A stretch of 64,000 nucleotides of DNA, taken from positions 310,001-374,000 of the forward strand of contig NW_021833026.1 of the NCBI RefSeq assembly GCF_006345805.1, given 5' to 3'. This DNA is from Octopus sinensis. Lineage: Eukaryota. The notes under the pieces were generated by a model. That model searched no databases and had not been told where the DNA came from. It saw only the letters and a program-made list of their open reading frames with translations. Position 1 is the stretch's first letter. Every line of letters begins with the position of its first letter. Of the stretch, positions 38,940 to 50,590 are shown one piece after another. Made by a program: the position numbers and the translations under genes.

Positions 38940-40240
38940 TTGGGAATTGTGCTTAATATATACTTCTCATTTCTCTAATTACTAAGTATAAAGTACAACA
39001 TTATTCGAATTCTGAATATTAATTTAAACATAGTATTTTAATGCTTTTTAAACAAATTAATATATATTATTATACAATTATAATATTTGATGAAATCATT
39101 TAAAATGAAGCCTGCGAGTGGGATAATCGAGACGAGTGCTTCTTTCTAGAGACGAATTCACCAATTAGTTTTCTAGAAAACTTGATTTTTCTTTGATTCC
39201 CTATATTTCAGAAGGGGCTGAAACTGGCATAAATAATAAGGCTTCCGAAATGTTCCGCCTTTCCGAAAGTTATGTTATGCCGGCCACCATATTGAATTCT
39301 TTCTACAGGGGAATTGGCTATCTATCCCAAGCTATGTTGAGAACGGCCAAATTCTATAAGCAACTAGCTTACTGAATGGATAAAGATATACGCCGCGGTC
39401 TACCCGTATCGACCAAGCTTCAATAAGGCGTACAGACCACAAAGCTCGACTCCCTCTCATTTTTTAACAAAATTGGACGCTCCTCGTGGCACAACGAACT
39501 AAATCGATCATCTGTCGGTCATTCTGTACTGCTGGATTCCGCTTTCAACTGGAACCTAGAGATCTTTTCAAAGGACAACAGAAACTCCGACTTTTCCTTT
39601 TAAACGGGAAAGTGTCTGGTTTGGACGTCGCGTGCGTGAACTCTTTTTCTGTCCAGAACATGCATGTATCACTAGAAAGTCCTTAAGCTCTATCTGAACT
39701 CCCAAAAGGAAGAAATACGAAATATATAGTTATGTGGGAATGGCAGAATGTTTGTCCCCCTGGCAGGCGATACATCCGGAATACAGGGAACGTCCACTTG
39801 AAGCCTGCTCCGACACATCCGGTCACTCAGGTATAAAGCCGGGTGAGTCAATGGTCTGGCTATCCGTCCATAACCAACTTTATTTTGAATTAAATACATC
39901 TAATTACTAAAATTAGGTGTTTTGTAAGAACTAATTTTGCATTCGTGTAATGATTTTATAGTTATAGCAGGGATTTCGAACAGAGAATTAACTTTGGATA
40001 TGAAAAGTGCATAATCCACGAGTAGAAAAAGTCTTTGAGTTAAATATCAGTTAGTCGGTTTACGAGAAACACATTTTTCGACGCACAAAATACAAAAAAA
40101 CATACGTAAAAAAATCGTTTTAATTCAGCAATAAATCCGCCTAAATACATCTTAGTGTCAAAAGTCATTGGAAAGCCCGACTTTTACTTTTGAGTTCATA
40201 TTTAGTAAATAAACGTGAAATTAAACAACAAATAAGTCAG

Positions 40241-40957
40241 TCACCCCACAAAACACAGCCCGTCCAAAGCCGCGGAAACAAGCATCCTGGCACAAAGAGA
40301 ATCCTGAAATCCCCCGGCAGTGTGGAAAGAACTGGACAGTGGCCACCCCGCCAGTCTACAAATATTAATTCCATCCAACTTAGTCTCCAGGGCATCAGTG
40401 AGAATACAAGGGGAGGTGGAATGCTGGACTGGGGCGAGATTTGGTTCCTTCCTCTCCGATTTCTAAAATGAGACCACCAAGTACTCTCTCAAGTTGAGTG
40501 TCCCGTATATTCCTGGCTATCCCCAAAAGGTGATCCACGTTCTCAATATCATAAACCCGGTTGTAGACTAGAAAATGTGATTAGGACACTGCCTATGGTC
40601 TCGAGGAGTTCTGTGTAGTCATTGTACTCGGAGATAGAAGAAAAGACATGTTCTTCTAAGGCCAGTCTATGTGGATATTTATCACAAACTCGTCCCAGAC
40701 TGCCTTCCGAATAATCACGTCCTGCTCGACTTGAGGACTGTGGAAGGTTTGGGGTTTGTAGTCGCATTTGTAGAGGTGTAAGTCGCATATGGGACAGAGA
40801 CCTGTCTCGTGGTCAAACAGCAACTCCACACAGGACGAACAACTACGACTAGGACTGGTAATCACCACATAAAATGTCCGCATTTGTTCACCATTAGACA
40901 CAAAGATTTGTTCCGGTACGAATTGGACTGGCATTTGAGGCATTCGCGGATGTGCAT
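40241..40957 (-). CDS. MNAT1: CDK-activating kinase assembly factor MAT1 (shortened)
   Basis: CLKCQSNSYRNKSLCLMVNKCGH..CSSCVELLF..CPIC RING, QTFHSPQVEQDVIIRK, EYNDYTE, C-terminal AGGF. Confidence 0.9.
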
Positions 40958-41067
40958 TCTCACAAGAACTTTATAATTTTATTTATTTTATAATTCCAAT
41001 TGGTAGGCACTTATTAATAAAATAATTAATTTAAATTAAAAATCTCTTCTTTTCTTGTGGTGCCTCA

Positions 41068-42707
41068 ATGAACTTGACAGAACAGGACATTTTGGGCAGA
41101 CTTGTTCACTCTGGCCTGTCGTGGAGCAGTTCAATAGAGCGACTCAAACATTTATCCAATGTCAGTTAACATTCAGAAAATAATAGGACACCAGTCCTCT
41201 GATGGCCTCTAAAATACGCACATGTCTGACAGGGAGACTGACCAGAGGGACAGGTGACGGTGGAGTGCCAACAACCTTCCCGAATATTGTCGAAATGTTA
41301 AAATGTGCTGCCATTGTTGCCAACTTTCGCTTTTCTAACATCAATTTGGACTGCTTCCTGAGCCACCCAGGGTTCTACATTGAGATCCGTCTGGAAAATA
41401 CGTGTAGAGCGGAGAGTGCCAGTCTGGTCATGGCCAATCAGTCCCAAGTACTTTAAGTGATTAATTCCAGCCCATTCCAGAAGTCTTGTCAATTCTCGAG
41501 TGATCACGTTTGTAATGTTTAGATCGGCCAATGTAAATGCACTCGTCCTCTACTTGGAGGGACTGGCCAGAAATGAGTTGGACAGGGTATGTCACTCCTT
41601 CACTGACGACACTTCACTGTAAAGTGACTCACTCAGTCTTAGGAAGTGGCCTTCCTGCTCTGTCATTTCTTCACAGTCATTTTATGTGCTGTCCTTCCAC
41701 TCGGATATGCCCATCACCCTGGACATGGTGGAGGAGATTGTGGCAGTCACTGGTGTGTCTGTGGACAGAGGGGAAGTCAGAGAGGGGGCACTCAATGTAT
41801 GTACTCCTGTGAGAGTGGAGTTATATTCCATTCGGGAAATACGTTTTGGTCATTCTGAGCAGTTGATTGATATTCTCCGACTTGTTCGGACTCAAATATT
41901 CTTTAATTTAATAATCGACAAATGTGGAAGTCGTCCTCCCACTCCACTTGGACGGAATATTACTGTTGTGCAGGCCACTTCTCGACAAATAACTTTCCTG
42001 GTTGTCCACCGGGGGGATTTGCTTACTGGTATTTTAGTTTTATTTATTTAGTTCATTTGCATTTGGATTATCCGAATGTCTCCTGTTCTGTCCCCGACTA
42101 TCCAGCACTCTCCCGTCGACTGACCCGCATATTTAGTCGTCTCTGGTCGATCCCCCATTTACTGTGGGCATTGGAGTACGCGGAGAGTCCATCCATCCCT
42201 GTCCGTCATTGCGTGGAGGAGACCAAGACAGACTTGAAGGAAGACACGGAGATTTCTCCTCCTCCCGACATAGACAAGTACATTTCCCACAAGTCCATGG
42301 GGGAGTACGGAATTCCCACATTTGCACAAATCCGTGGAAAGAACACTCAGTCGGACAGTATGCGTACTCCAGGGGGGTATTCCCCCAATGCTCCCCTCCT
42401 GCCCTTCAAGGCTTCCCCCAAAAATACATTCCGAGAGGACATCAAACTTGCCTTCAAAAAACGTCGAATCAAGTCTTCTGAGGACATACCCAAAAAGCCT
42501 CGTGGTCGTCCGAAGAAAGTGAGCTATGTCGAGTCTCCCAAGCCGAGTCGGAAGAATGAGGGTGGTGTGTCCCCCGTGCTTGCTCAGCCTGAAGTCGACA
42601 GCAAACCTTCGCAGGAGAACGTCTTGAGTATCAATCAGTTGATCCCGGCGGGCATCCTTCCTAAGTTTATGAGCAATTTTCGGATTCCGAAAAAAAAGCG
42701 TGGCTGA
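41068..42707 (+). CDS. MED1: Mediator subunit 1 (compact)
   Basis: FYIEIRL, GYVTP, IRFGHSEQLIDILRLVRTQIFFNLIIDKC and SIPHLLWAL follow the order of the conserved Med1 N-terminal domain. Confidence 0.72.
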
Positions 42708-43004
42708 TTTTTTATTGATTATATTTGTGTTTAAATATATAAAAGTGGGGATTTGGTTGTGATTGGCCTGTCTATATTCTGGAGACCAATTGGGACACTG
42801 TTAATCTGTCGAGTTGTTTGAATGGGCTCAGGTATTATAACATGTGGAATACATCACATTCACTCTCCACGGCATTAATTGCCATGCTATTTGTCGGTGT
42901 CAGTTTATATGTGAACAAGATTCTGTTATGTAGTCCTAGTTGAATACCATTGTACTTGGATAATTCTTAAAACAACTGCATCGGGAAGATTGGTTGGTTT
43001 AAGA

Positions 43005-44700
43005 CAGTGATTCTCAAGCTTCTTAATCAGGGGCCGCAAATAATTTTTAACAATTATTGTCACCGGCTGGATAATGCCCTGGGTTGGATAATGCCCCCTC
43101 AACGTTATTTTAAAAAAAATAAATATTTTTTCAAATTAATTTTGATTAGATTTTTTGATTTTCTTAATTATTTTTGTAATTTATCAAAGTTTCTTTTCAA
43201 ATTAATCTATCGTGAAAATTTATTTTGGTTATCTAAGTTTTCCAATTTGAAAAAATAATAAGTATAATCGATCAAATTTATATTTCAGAAATGGTTTTAC
43301 TCAACCTTACCAAAGATGAACTTGAAGTAATCAAAAATATTTAAAAAGATGTTTTCTATATTGACCGATTTCAGAAATCTGAAAAAAAAGATACATAAAA
43401 TTAGCAGAACAGTTAATTTTCGAGGAAGAAGGGATAGTATTCATCAAATACAAAAACCAAAGGTTACGCTTTTTTCCCAAAGAAGAAAAGGAACTCAATA
43501 AAGCACCATGGATTCAGGGTCAAGTAGAAAGACAAGTTATTTGTAAATTTATCTTTAGATTCAATCAAACGATCAAAAGGTGGATTAGCTCAACTAGTGC
43601 CTCAAATGGGTCTTTCGGAAGCTATAAAGACTTCTATCAAGAAATCGTTTATAGATATAACAGGCGAAGCATGTAACGACCAAGAGGACACCTTTTGAAA
43701 TTTTTATGGGAGGAAATAATTTAATCCCGGAGGAAATAAGATGGGCGTTATTGTCATTCGATGGAAATAAAGCGGTTGAATCAAGTCAATCGGAGATAAT
43801 TGGATCCGATTATTTCGAAAACGAGAACGATTGTTTGAATCAACAAAGTGTGTATGAAAGCCATGTTCTCGCCAGAGAAAAAATGAAAAGGAGGCGGAAA
43901 TGCCCTATAAAAAATTTTTATATAATAAAAATTCATGAATTTTTAATATTTGTTTTTAAATGGTAGACCTAAAAAATTGTATAAATATAATAAAATACGT
44001 TATTGATGCAAAAAAATTGGTGATGCCGGTTTTTGCCGACTCTTGAAAAAATTTATTCAATCAAAAAATTAATAAAAAATTGAATAAATCGACTTAATTC
44101 CATTATCAAGTTATTTTTAATTAATTATCAGGTTATTTTCGTTTGATTTTGATAAAATTTTTAAGGGGGTATTATCCAACCCAGGGCATTATCCAGCCTG
44201 TGACAATTATTTATTAACTAAATAATCAAAATTAGGTTTAATTATACTAGTTGAAGTACGTAACAAATCACATAGATGAGTATCAGTCAATCTGCTGCGA
44301 AACTTTGTTTTAATTCGGACAAGTTTACTAAATGTCGATTCGCAGACATATGTTGATCCAAATATCGCTAAATTTTTCTTTGCATTATTGACTAGATTCG
44401 GATATCGGTTCTTCAAAATTCTCGAATAAAAGTCAATTATTGAAATGTTGCTGAACAAACTTTTCAGTTCAACATCATTTTGCAAATCAATCAATTCCAG
44501 TTGGTAAATGTCGGAAACCTCCTCACTTTTCATAATTAATGGAGATGCAAATAATCTCATTGAAGTTGCACTTTCTTTAAAGCTCTGTCAGGTTAAATTA
44601 AATAGTAAAAACCTGAAATCTTGCATTAAATTGCGAACTTAAATCTTCAATTATTTTTATATATTTATCAGTTGAGCCACTTTCGGAATTTTCTTTAAGA
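43005..44700 (-). mobile_element. hAT (Charlie/Buster-like) 3' fragment interrupted by a Ginger element
   Basis: TIR-like CAGTGATTCTCAA at 43005; dimerisation domain QLELIDLQ..FGSTYVCESTFS..RSRLTD (44207-44560); 28-nt intron at 44585-44612. Confidence 0.8.
43058..44205 (+). mobile_element. Ginger-type integrase transposon, internally deleted, TSD ATTAT
   Basis: TIR TGTCAC.GGCTGGATAATGCCCTGGGTTGGATAAT.CCCC at both ends; ATTAT at 43053-43057 and 44206-44210; APWIQGQVER|FNQTIKRW, YRYN, TPFEI. Confidence 0.88.
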
Positions 44701-45134
44701 CCATATGGACATTGCAAGGGTTTGGTTCCATATTTGGATGGATTTGTAAATCTGTTTTTCTATCATATTGAAATTTATCATTTGCCTTTTTGACCTGCAC
44801 CATGTTCGTAAAATGTTAAAAAAACTTTAACAGAAAGTCAGGTTCATTAAAAGACCTTCAGAAGTTTTTGTCCACTAATTTACTTCCAGTTATGTGGATA
44901 CAGTATCCCTATAAACTGAACCCTAGCAACCAGTTGATCAATGGAAATGAAAATTAAAGATATTTAAAAATTGTTATCAACCTCTGCCTCCCTTTTTATT
45001 TGTTTACGCGGCGAATTCCTCATACTTCATTAACCGTGTTCCCTTCATGTTTTCCGAACAGTCTGAATTGGATGAGTTTTGGTTGACTGCTAATGTTAAT
45101 GTGTTTAAAAATTAACTTTTTCAATTAATTTGAA

Positions 45135-45443
45135 TTGTTATTCTACAAAGTCCATGTCATTCCGTGTGTGATAAAATGGAATGGACTGGTCTCCAAATAC
45201 CACAACCGGTATTTAAGACAGTTGGGTGTAGATCTCTATATGCTTATATCAACTGTTCTTAAGAGGAACCTGGAGAGTGTCTCGTTTGATGCTCGCCGAT
45301 CCAGTCCTTTCTTGACGTTTAGTCAGCGAGAGGCGCTGGACTACACTTTCTCGGAAATCTATATTTCCAGAGAAGAGGGGAGGAGGTACGTAGAGTACTA
45401 TCCTCTATTCACTTCGAAGGCTCTGGACTTGAAAATTACTTAG
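45135..45443 (+). mobile_element. 3' relic of an RLE non-LTR retrotransposon
   Basis: VIPCVIKWNGLVSKYH...TVLKRNLESVS, followed by AATAAA. Confidence 0.55.
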
Positions 45444-46508
45444 TTTATTAGTTTCTTTTTATTAATAAAGTTTAAGGCGTTAATATTCAGTTATTATCAA
45501 CATTTCTTTTTTACTTTAGGGAAATTATACTGTTGACGTCAAAATCCCGACATGTTTTAAGTTTGTATTACAGTAAGAAAATCTACTTTTCTTTCAAGTC
45601 ACCTGACAATCCCAGTTCTTCTGTTTTAGCTTTAAGACAGTAAATACAAAAAATAAACAATTATAGAATGAATACATTAACTAAACCACTTATCATCACA
45701 TCCCATTGAGGTTACGTTTATTAAGATGTCATTGAGTTTGCTTGGTTTAGTTAATTATGCGGAAACATTCAGTTTAGAAAATTAGTATGACGTTAAATAG
45801 TTTGCTGGCGCATTTAATTAATTTATGTTTTACAAGGACGAATGCGAAATATTGCCTCGACAAAAAACTGGTTTTTGCCCGATTATTGTTTGATGGCCAG
45901 ATCATTGTCTGTCAAAAACCTTTAAAAAAGTTCCGTTGAGATTCTTGAATTTAAAAAATAGAGAATCAGTTTCGAAAAGTTCAATTTCTTCTCAGGGTAT
46001 TTTCATTTAAATGTTTTGAAGAATTTTATGAAGCAAGTTTTGAAGAAAAGATCAAACTTCTTAACAAATCAAGAACCGGGTCAGATATTAGCCTCAATTA
46101 TGACAGGATAAAGCCAACTGAATATCTTTTCGAGGGCTATGCATACTCCTCGATATTGGGGCAGGAAAATAGACAATATCTAGAGAAGACTGGATTTTAT
46201 AGTTCTTTTTAATATACATAGACATGAATTGAACTTTATTTTGTTGCTAACATTAAATAATAGATCATTCGTCTTTAATAAGCCATGTTATTAACGAATG
46301 ACTTGTCAAAATTATTTTTCATCTTTCGAGATTCTGAAAATGTGTCTTTTTGAATAAACATTTATTTCAGTTCCGTTTTCGACTCATAGTTAAAAAACAT
46401 GTTTTAAAAGCAAAAGACTTTAGACAGCATATTTGTAAATCAGATCTTTGAATATTGTAATTTTCTGTCTGTATATTTTTTATAATAATCATTCAAGTGA
46501 AAATATTA

Positions 46509-47555
46509 TGTCACATGCCTCAGGGATTACTATGCCCCACTCGTTACCTCCGAATTATTTCTGAGAAATATTGATTAATGATTTTTCAATTTTTTAGAAA
46601 AATTAATCAATCACAACGACATAAAATTCAACCTATATATTAGGTTAATTAGAGTACAATTTAATGATATACTAAAAGATGCTTTAAAACAAATAAATTA
46701 AAATAATATTTTTATACAACAAACCATTTTGACTGATAAGCACATTAAAACATATTTTAAAAATGTGAATTGTGTGAAACGCTTTAAAGGCACATAATTT
46801 GATAGTTTTATAATTAACTCTAACCAGTTTTTAGTTTTATTTAAAACATTTTTTGAAATGTAAAAAGATAAAGGTTTAAAATCATCTGTAGATCTCTTAT
46901 AAAAAACTCAAACTTTATCCAGTTTTTTAGTTTAAAATCATATATAGATCTGAAGTTTAAAACGAAAAATTAAATTTGTCCTTTTTTGATTCTTTTCATG
47001 TGAACAATCTTTGTATCTCCATTCGAAAATTCTACTTTAAATTTTTTCAAACCTAAACCCAACCAATTCCCTAACCTTCACCCTAACCCTAACCTTCACC
47101 CAAACCCTAACTTCACCCAAACCCTAACCTTCACCAAACCCTAACCTTCACCCAAACCCTAACCTTCACCCAACCCTAACCTTCACCCAAACCCTAACCT
47201 TCACCCAACCCTAACCTTCACCCAACCCTAACCTTCACCCAAACCCTACCTTCACCCAAACCCTAACCTTCACCCAAACCCTAACCTTCACCCAAACCCT
47301 AACCTTCACCCTAACCCTAACCTATACCCTAACCCTAACCTATACCCTAACCATAACCATGAGATAAAACAGCATGCTTAATTTATTGTTTTTTAATGAT
47401 AATGGTTAAGCATTGAAAAAATAAAAATCCATAATATTATAATTTTTAAATTAATAAGTAATATATTTCAATCATTTAAATATTTTAAATTGAAATTTTA
47501 AAAATTTAGAGCAATGGTAACGAGCGGGGCATGGTAACGAACAGGGCATGTGACA
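46509..47555. mobile_element. Non-autonomous Ginger-like TIR element carrying telomere-like repeats, TSD TATTA
   Basis: TGTCACATGCC...ATGCCCC.CTCGTTACC imperfect 40-bp TIRs; TATTA at 46504-46508 and 47556-47560. Confidence 0.8.
47051..47360. repeat. Interstitial telomere-derived array, mainly (CCCTAA CCTTCA CCCAAA)n
   Basis: Directly visible 17-18-bp higher-order unit built from CCCTAA variants; ends in CCCTAA CCCTAA CCTATA units. Confidence 0.95.
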
Positions 47556-47560
47556 TATTA

Positions 47561-47820
47561 TGTCGCGCCCCACACTGGCGACCAAGGTGACCTACATAGT
47601 TGACAGTGTGACCTACATGGTTTGACATTCAATTAAAAATGAAAATAATTTATTAAACCCCGAGACACTCCGCTTCCTTCGCTCGCTCGGCCGACGGATT
47701 CCAAGGACAAGCCACGATCCAAGAGAGTATTCTTGGCTCCTGGAACGTCTGTCGATTCCTGTGATCCGAGGGAACGGCTTCGCCACGCGTCAGGCATGGT
47801 AACGCATGAGGCATGTGACA
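47561..47820. mobile_element. 260-bp element with ends from two different Ginger-like families
   Basis: Left end TGTCGCGCCCCACACTGGCGACCA resembles 15367; right end TGAGGCATGTGACA is the inverse of 46509; TATTA on both sides. Confidence 0.7.
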
Positions 47821-47859
47821 TATTATTTTAATTTATTTATTTTAAAGCATCTGTTAGTA

Positions 47860-49201
47860 CAGCGGTTCTCAACCGTGGTCCCCAGAAAATTTTTAGTGGT
47901 CCCCAGGAATTTTCGAAAAATAAAAATATATTAAAGTTAAAACTAATTGTACAATTAAGTATAAATCAAAAACATTGAAATTAATCAAGCGGTTCTCAAT
48001 CGTGGTCCCCAGAAAATTTTTAGTGGTCCCCAGAAATTTTCGAAAAATAACAATATATTAAATTTAAAACTAATTGTACAATTAAGTATAAATCAAAAAC
48101 ATTGAAATTAATCTGATTTGATTAGCGTGGTTTATCATTCTAGTTATGGTTAACAAGAATCGTCGTCTTTGGTCGAATTCTTACGTACAATTTGGATTCA
48201 CTAAATTCATTGCCCCAAATAATGAAATAAAGGCAAAATGCATGATTTGCCATAAAATTTTGGGAAACAATTCACTGAAACCTTCTCAACTTAGGCGCCA
48301 AAGAGTCTGTACACCCAGAAAATTCTTCCTCACATGAATATTTTAAAGTCAAAAGAACGAAGTTTGATTTACAGCAAAGCTTGAGTGGTTTAATAAATCT
48401 CAAGATAAACCGAGATTAGAAGCATCATATGCTGTAATTTTATTTATATCTAAAACAAATATGTCTCAATGATTATCGCAAAAAACAAAGCTGCACATAA
48501 TTCTGGTGAAAAGTTAATCAAACCAGCGGCTTTTGAAATGGCTCGAATTTTGTTTGGTCCGGATGCAGTTACCAAACTTAAGGACATACCATTATCCAAC
48601 GATTCAATTCCCGTAGAATTTCAGAATTGTCATCCGATATCCTGAAGCAATTAATTGAAAGAATCAATAAAAGTAAATGCAGAATAAGTATTCAATTGGA
48701 CGAGTCAACTGACATTCTAACGTCTGTCAGCTTGTGTCCTATGTTCGCTTTGTTGATGATGAGAATATTATTGATGAGTTTTTATTTTGTTTGGAGATGG
48801 ATGGACACACTCGTGGAGAGGACATCTTTAATATTTTGACAATTTTATGAAGACGAATAAAATCCGATGTCGTGTCTGACTTTTCTAAAAACAAAATATA
48901 GAATAGACTACGGGCACAAGATGATATGCGAGTAGCTTTGTCGAACATAGAGCCTGATATAAGTAAAATTATTCTGAGCAAACAAGATCAGAAATCTCAC
49001 TAAATTACTATTAAATTTTCTGTTATTTTCATAATGTTCATGTTATTTTATAATAAATATTCGAACATGTCTAAACCTGGCCCTGACGAGGCCAAAAATT
49101 GTGCGCTAATACCAAAAAATGTTTATTTTATTTAAGGTGGTCCCCACAAAATTTTATAGTGCAAAAGTGGTCCCCAGTCTTAAAAAGGTTGAGAACCGCT
49201 G
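47860..49201 (+). mobile_element. Internally deleted hAT Buster/Charlie element, 8-bp TSD TGTTAGTA
   Basis: TIR CAGCGGTTCTCAACC; TSD at 47852-47859 and 49202-49209; BED finger (CMIC..LKPSQL), SIQLDESTD; ~127-bp tandem duplication of the left end. Confidence 0.92.
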
Positions 49202-50411
49202 TGTTAGTATATCATTAAATTGTACTTTAATTAACCTAATATATAATTTGAATTTTACAACCTTATGATTGATTATTAATTTTTCAAAAAAATGAAAAAT
49301 CATTAATCAATTATTTCTCAGAGGCAACTCAGAGGTCGGGCAAGCGAGAGAGTGATAAATCAGTCACACATTTGCGTGTCAGCCAGCATTCAATGATAAC
49401 GACTTACCAAAGGGACTCAAAATAAGTATCAAAAAGAAGTTATTTCGACTCAAAAAATTGTAAACCGTAGTCTCCATTGGTCAACCTAAACAATTCAGTA
49501 AAGGATTCGGTAAACAATTAAGACGAGGAGGTAGTTATCCTGCGATGTAATTCATGAACAAAGGAATCAGGCAAATCTAAGCAAAATATAACGACCATAC
49601 TTGAATGTGGCTATTCACACATGTCCAAAACAAACGTAATTCTATGAATGAAACGACTGACAGAATTGCACGACCTAAGCAATAACTAGCGTTTCTTGGG
49701 ATGAAAAAAACTCTATTTTCACAGAACTACATTTTGTAGTGCGATAAACCGTTTGAGTTTGTGGCTCTTCGACAAATTAACAAGCTAAAAGAGTTTGGGT
49801 GTTAAACAGGAGAAAATTTTAATCAAAAAAGTGACAGAATTATTTGCCGTAACACAATGATTAGCATTTCTGTCAAAAATGATTGTATTCTCTACGAGGC
49901 TTTTCATGTGAGCAAGAAATCAATGGCAAAATACAGATTTGAAGATTTATACATTTTTTAGGGCGTCTGAGGTTGGTAGTTTTTTTCAAGACTCTCCACT
50001 CTATTTTGCAATACCTCCCAAACAGTTTGAGACTCATTTAGTGACAGATTATTGTAAGCAAAGTATTCAGAGACCGCATTAATGAAAATTTATTTTTAAA
50101 TTGAAAACAAGATCTGTTTGAATCAAACTGTTTTTTTACCTAATATTGACAATAAATTGATTGAGAAGTTCAATTCTTGTTTAAAAAAGATTTCCTTCCA
50201 ATTGTATTTACAGGAGGCAATTTGTTAAAAACTGGGATATTGAATAAGAGTCTAAACAAATTCCGAGAACTGCTCAATGACGAAAAGAGTAAAGAACAAA
50301 TCATTGTGTTGCTCAAGTACGAGACAGACGCTCCGCGTGGAGTATGAAATGTCAACTCGGAGCTATAGAGTCCACAAATGTTTTCCTAGATGATCTAATC
50401 ACCGACTTTAT

Positions 50412-50590
50412 TTGACTTTTAGACGGAAACTATACTATTTTCAAAAAGCAAAGTCGACTGGAAGAACATTGATTTGGTTCGATGAATCCAATTTTAATTT
50501 ATATTGTAAGAGAAAAGAAGGACGATCAAAAATAGTATCTCGTTCTTTTGTTATGACTTTAAATTCGAGAGTCACTAACTTACATTGTAC
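50412..50590 (+). mobile_element. Tc1/IS630 transposase relic
   Basis: LIWFDESNFN first catalytic Asp motif. Confidence 0.55.

Noticed and set aside
39090-39905. Exon-like stretch divergent from SNX13
   Set aside because: Probably a gene, but no consistent spliced model or family could be derived.
47051-47360. True chromosome end
   Set aside because: Degenerate 18-bp units, internal position, and enclosed by TIRs and a TSD.
49070-49110. CTGACGAGGCC hammerhead-like core
   Set aside because: No closing stem II or GAAA element.
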